Shown one piece after another: positions 16,861 through 18,830 of a DNA stretch of 18,830 nucleotides. Numbering within the stretch: the first letter of the stretch is position 1; each line of letters begins with the position of its first letter. A program made the position numbers and the translations under genes. Origin of the DNA: a candidate division WOR-3 bacterium (lineage in GTDB: Bacteria > Hydrothermota > Hydrothermia > LBFQ01 > DSFT01); the NCBI GenBank assembly GCA_965649115.1, contig CBFGJN010000036.1, positions 1-18,830 on the forward strand, given 5' to 3'. The notes beneath the pieces are model-generated. The model had not been told where the DNA came from, searched no databases, and saw only the letters and a program-made list of their open reading frames with translations.

Positions 16861-17466
16861 ATGAGATTTTTAATTTTTATGTTTTTAATGTTGGGATGTA
16901 TGCAAACCAAAGAAATTGATGTAAGTTTTCAAGGTGTAAGTGAATTAATAGATACTGATAAGGGTGAAAACTTGCCTGAATTTTATAGAAGTAAAAATTT
17001 TATAAAAATTGAAGGTCCATTTAAAACTAATGATTATATAAAGCTAAAAGGCAGATTAATTAGTGGTGATGTTATTTTAGTTTTAGCTAGTGATTATGGA
17101 AAAACTTATTGGTCAAATTATTCGTTTATAGATGATGTTATTGCTAATGCTTTCTCTAATTTTTTAACGCAGATTTCAGGTTATGATGTTTATTTTAATC
17201 TTCAAAAAATTTTAGACATTTATAAAAAAGAATTAAATCGTTCTTTTAGAAATGTAGAAATAATCACTGCTGATAAATGCTTATCTTCTGATAGTTTCAA
17301 TTTAGAATTAAGAGGGAAAGGCGATTATTATGCCATTTTTATCCCTTCTGTTGAAGTAGAAAATATAAGAGCAAGATGGAATTTCATTACTCAAAGGCTT
17401 GAGAATATTAGACTTTATGTGAGCGTTAAATCAACACAAATAAAAGGTTCTATTGAATGGAAATGA
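16861..17466 (+). CDS. Putative lipoprotein
   Basis: The ATG at 16861 gives MRFLIFMFLMLG-C, a lipobox. It is preferred over the track's GTG at 16831 because TAAAAT lies 7 nt upstream. Confidence 0.7.
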   Translation: MRFLIFMFLMLGCMQTKEIDVSFQGVSELIDTDKGENLPEFYRSKNFIKIEGPFKTNDYIKLKGRLISGDVILVLASDYGKTYWSNYSFIDDVIANAFSNFLTQISGYDVYFNLQKILDIYKKELNRSFRNVEIITADKCLSSDSFNLELRGKGDYYAIFIPSVEVENIRARWNFITQRLENIRLYVSVKSTQIKGSIEWK

Positions 17467-17810
17467 TTTTTATAATTTTAAATTTAACATCAGATGAAAA
17501 ATCTTATGAATTCTGTAAGAATATGTTGGAAGGTTTTGCTAATTATGATATTATTAATCATGGTAGAACAAATTTACCTTTAAGAGAAGCTTTAAAGGAA
17601 TTTTTGGGTAGTGAAGCTGATCTTAGTAAAGCAACTGAATTAAGTGATTTAGATTACAAAGGTTATATAATTAGTTATCAAAATGGTTTTTATGTAATCG
17701 CTGTGGAGTTGAAAGCTAAAAATGAGACTTTTTTATGTTTTATAAAAGAGAGATATGGAAAAGATGGAAGAGGTTATGGTTTTTTAAATAAAAAGGAGGT
17801 AGCAAGATGA
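17463..17810 (+). CDS. Hypothetical protein
   Basis: An ATGA overlap with the previous stop gives MIFIILNL. There is also an ATGA overlap with the next gene. Confidence 0.6.
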   Translation: MIFIILNLTSDEKSYEFCKNMLEGFANYDIINHGRTNLPLREALKEFLGSEADLSKATELSDLDYKGYIISYQNGFYVIAVELKAKNETFLCFIKERYGKDGRGYGFLNKKEVAR

Positions 17811-18329
17811 AAGTGAGAATATGTGGAACATATGTTGAGCTAGATGAGGTAAGGAAAGCTTTGAGAGGTTATCCAAGTCTAGAAGCTTTTATGGATGATG
17901 CTTATAGCTATGCTTTTGGTCCAACTTGGTATAACAATCCTCAACTTGTTCAAATGGCTCAATATGAATTACAGATGTTAGCAAATGCTCTTGGCTACGA
18001 TGATGTGTCTAAAATTATACAAAGTTTCATAAGGTTGTTGTTTGGAAAGTAAGAGGTTATGGTTTTTTAAATAAAAAGGAGGTAGCAAGATGAAAGTGAG
18101 AATATGTGGAACATATGTTGAGCTAGATGAGGTAAGGAAAGCTTTGAGAGGTTATCCAAGTCTAGAAGCTTTTATGGATGATGCTTATAGCTATGCTTTT
18201 GGTCCAACTTGGTATAACAATCCTCAACTTGTTCAAATGGCTCAATATGAATTACAGATGTTAGCAAATGCTCTTGGCTACGATGATGTGTCTAAAATTA
18301 TACAAAGTTTCATAAAATTGTTGTTTGGA
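17768..18329 (+). repeat. Tandem direct duplication, period 283 bp
   Basis: 17768-18046 and 18051-18329 are identical by eye except GG (18033-34) versus AA (18316-17). Confidence 0.95.
17807..18052 (+). CDS. Hypothetical 81-aa protein, copy 1
   Basis: ORF with strong SD AAGGAGGT. Confidence 0.75.
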   Translation: MKVRICGTYVELDEVRKALRGYPSLEAFMDDAYSYAFGPTWYNNPQLVQMAQYELQMLANALGYDDVSKIIQSFIRLLFGK

Positions 18330-18332
18330 TGA
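18090..18332 (+). CDS. Hypothetical 80-aa protein, copy 2
   Basis: ORF with the same SD. It differs from copy 1 only at the C-terminus (IKLLFG versus IRLLFGK). Confidence 0.75.
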   Translation: MKVRICGTYVELDEVRKALRGYPSLEAFMDDAYSYAFGPTWYNNPQLVQMAQYELQMLANALGYDDVSKIIQSFIKLLFG

Positions 18333-18347
18333 TAAAGGGTAGAAACT

Positions 18348-18677
18348 ATGGCAATAGTAGGTCTTTTTATTAGTTTTCTTATAAACACTGGTTTGTTATG
18401 GCTTATTTCCCATATTTTCCATTGGGTTTCCTTTGCTTCCTTATCAAGTCTTATAATTACAGGTGTTTTCATAACGATATTTTCCTTTTTTCTAACTCTT
18501 TTGTTAGGTTTTAATGTAATTATAAGGATACCTCTTGAAATTCTTGGTTTATGGATGGCAGGTAAAGTAATTAGTGGTTTTCATATAGCTGGTTTTTGGC
18601 AGTTAATAGCAACTTATATAGTTATTGCTGTAATTTCTTACATAATATATTTACCTGTAATATCATCTGCGAGATAA
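18348..18677 (+). CDS. YvlD-like / 4-TMS 'phage holin family' membrane protein
   Basis: 109 aa with about 4 TM segments. LINTGLLWLIS...LWMAGKVISGFHIAGFW matches the YvlD pattern. Confidence 0.7.
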   Translation: MAIVGLFISFLINTGLLWLISHIFHWVSFASLSSLIITGVFITIFSFFLTLLLGFNVIIRIPLEILGLWMAGKVISGFHIAGFWQLIATYIVIAVISYIIYLPVISSAR

Positions 18678-18690
18678 AAAGGAGGTGAAT

Positions 18691-18830
18691 ATGTTCGATT
18701 TAAGTAGTTATAATAAAGAGAAGTTTAGAATAATAGAAAGTATAAAGAGTTATATAAGTGATTTAAAAAGATGTCAAGAGATTTCAAATTCAGTGAATTT
18801 ACCTTTAAATTTTGACGAATCTATACAAAA
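18691..18830 (+). CDS. Partial ORF running off the window (MFDLSSLIKEKFRIIESIKSYISDLKRCQEISNSVNLPLNFDESIQ...)
   Basis: ATG preceded by SD AAGGAGGTG, and the frame stays open to the window end. It is not in the ORF track. Confidence 0.7.
   Translation, partial: MFDLSSYNKEKFRIIESIKSYISDLKRCQEISNSVNLPLNFDESIQ

Noticed and set aside
17768..18332. DGR template/variable repeat pair (AA to GG difference)
   Set aside because: Only two adenine differences occur, the other differences involve non-A bases, both copies are full genes with an SD, and no reverse transcriptase is in the window.
1956..18472. Short ORFs from the track (1956, 3059, 5604, 5671, 8033, 8407, 9046, 11645, 13245, 15509, 15946, 18278)
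   Set aside because: They are antisense or off-frame shadows inside well-supported genes, with no recognisable motifs.
18348..18677. Prophage lysis module
   Set aside because: YvlD-like 'holin' proteins are common outside phages, and no endolysin, integrase or structural genes are visible.

Overview
AT-rich bacterial chromosomal window of mostly housekeeping genes: an Ogg1-type glycosylase, a hypothetical protein, an ABC exporter, rpsU, a HIT protein, a 2-oxoacid dehydrogenase E1-beta, a B12-dependent acyl-CoA mutase with isobutyryl-CoA mutase signature residues, a YtnP-like MBL hydrolase, uvrA and a T9SS-CTD-like secreted protein. It also has a putative type II restriction-modification pair and a right-hand cluster with a near-perfect 283-bp tandem gene duplication and a YvlD/holin-like membrane protein. 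The main unannotated signal is a ~205-bp non-coding repeat family that fills every large intergenic gap (about 9 full or partial copies at 5 loci). It has 17-bp terminal inverted repeats, and one intact copy has a 9-bp target-site duplication. Internally it carries a covarying GNA-triloop hairpin, a G6C-NNN-GC6 hairpin and a back-to-back double IHF-consensus box. Copies repeatedly stack next to, or inside, each other's ends. A second signal is that operon-first genes have TAAAAT 6-7 nt before the ATG and no Shine-Dalgarno, which suggests leaderless transcription. The taxonomy is not established. The T9SS-like CTD and ultra-short signal peptides are compatible with an FCB-associated lineage such as WOR-3 (inference).
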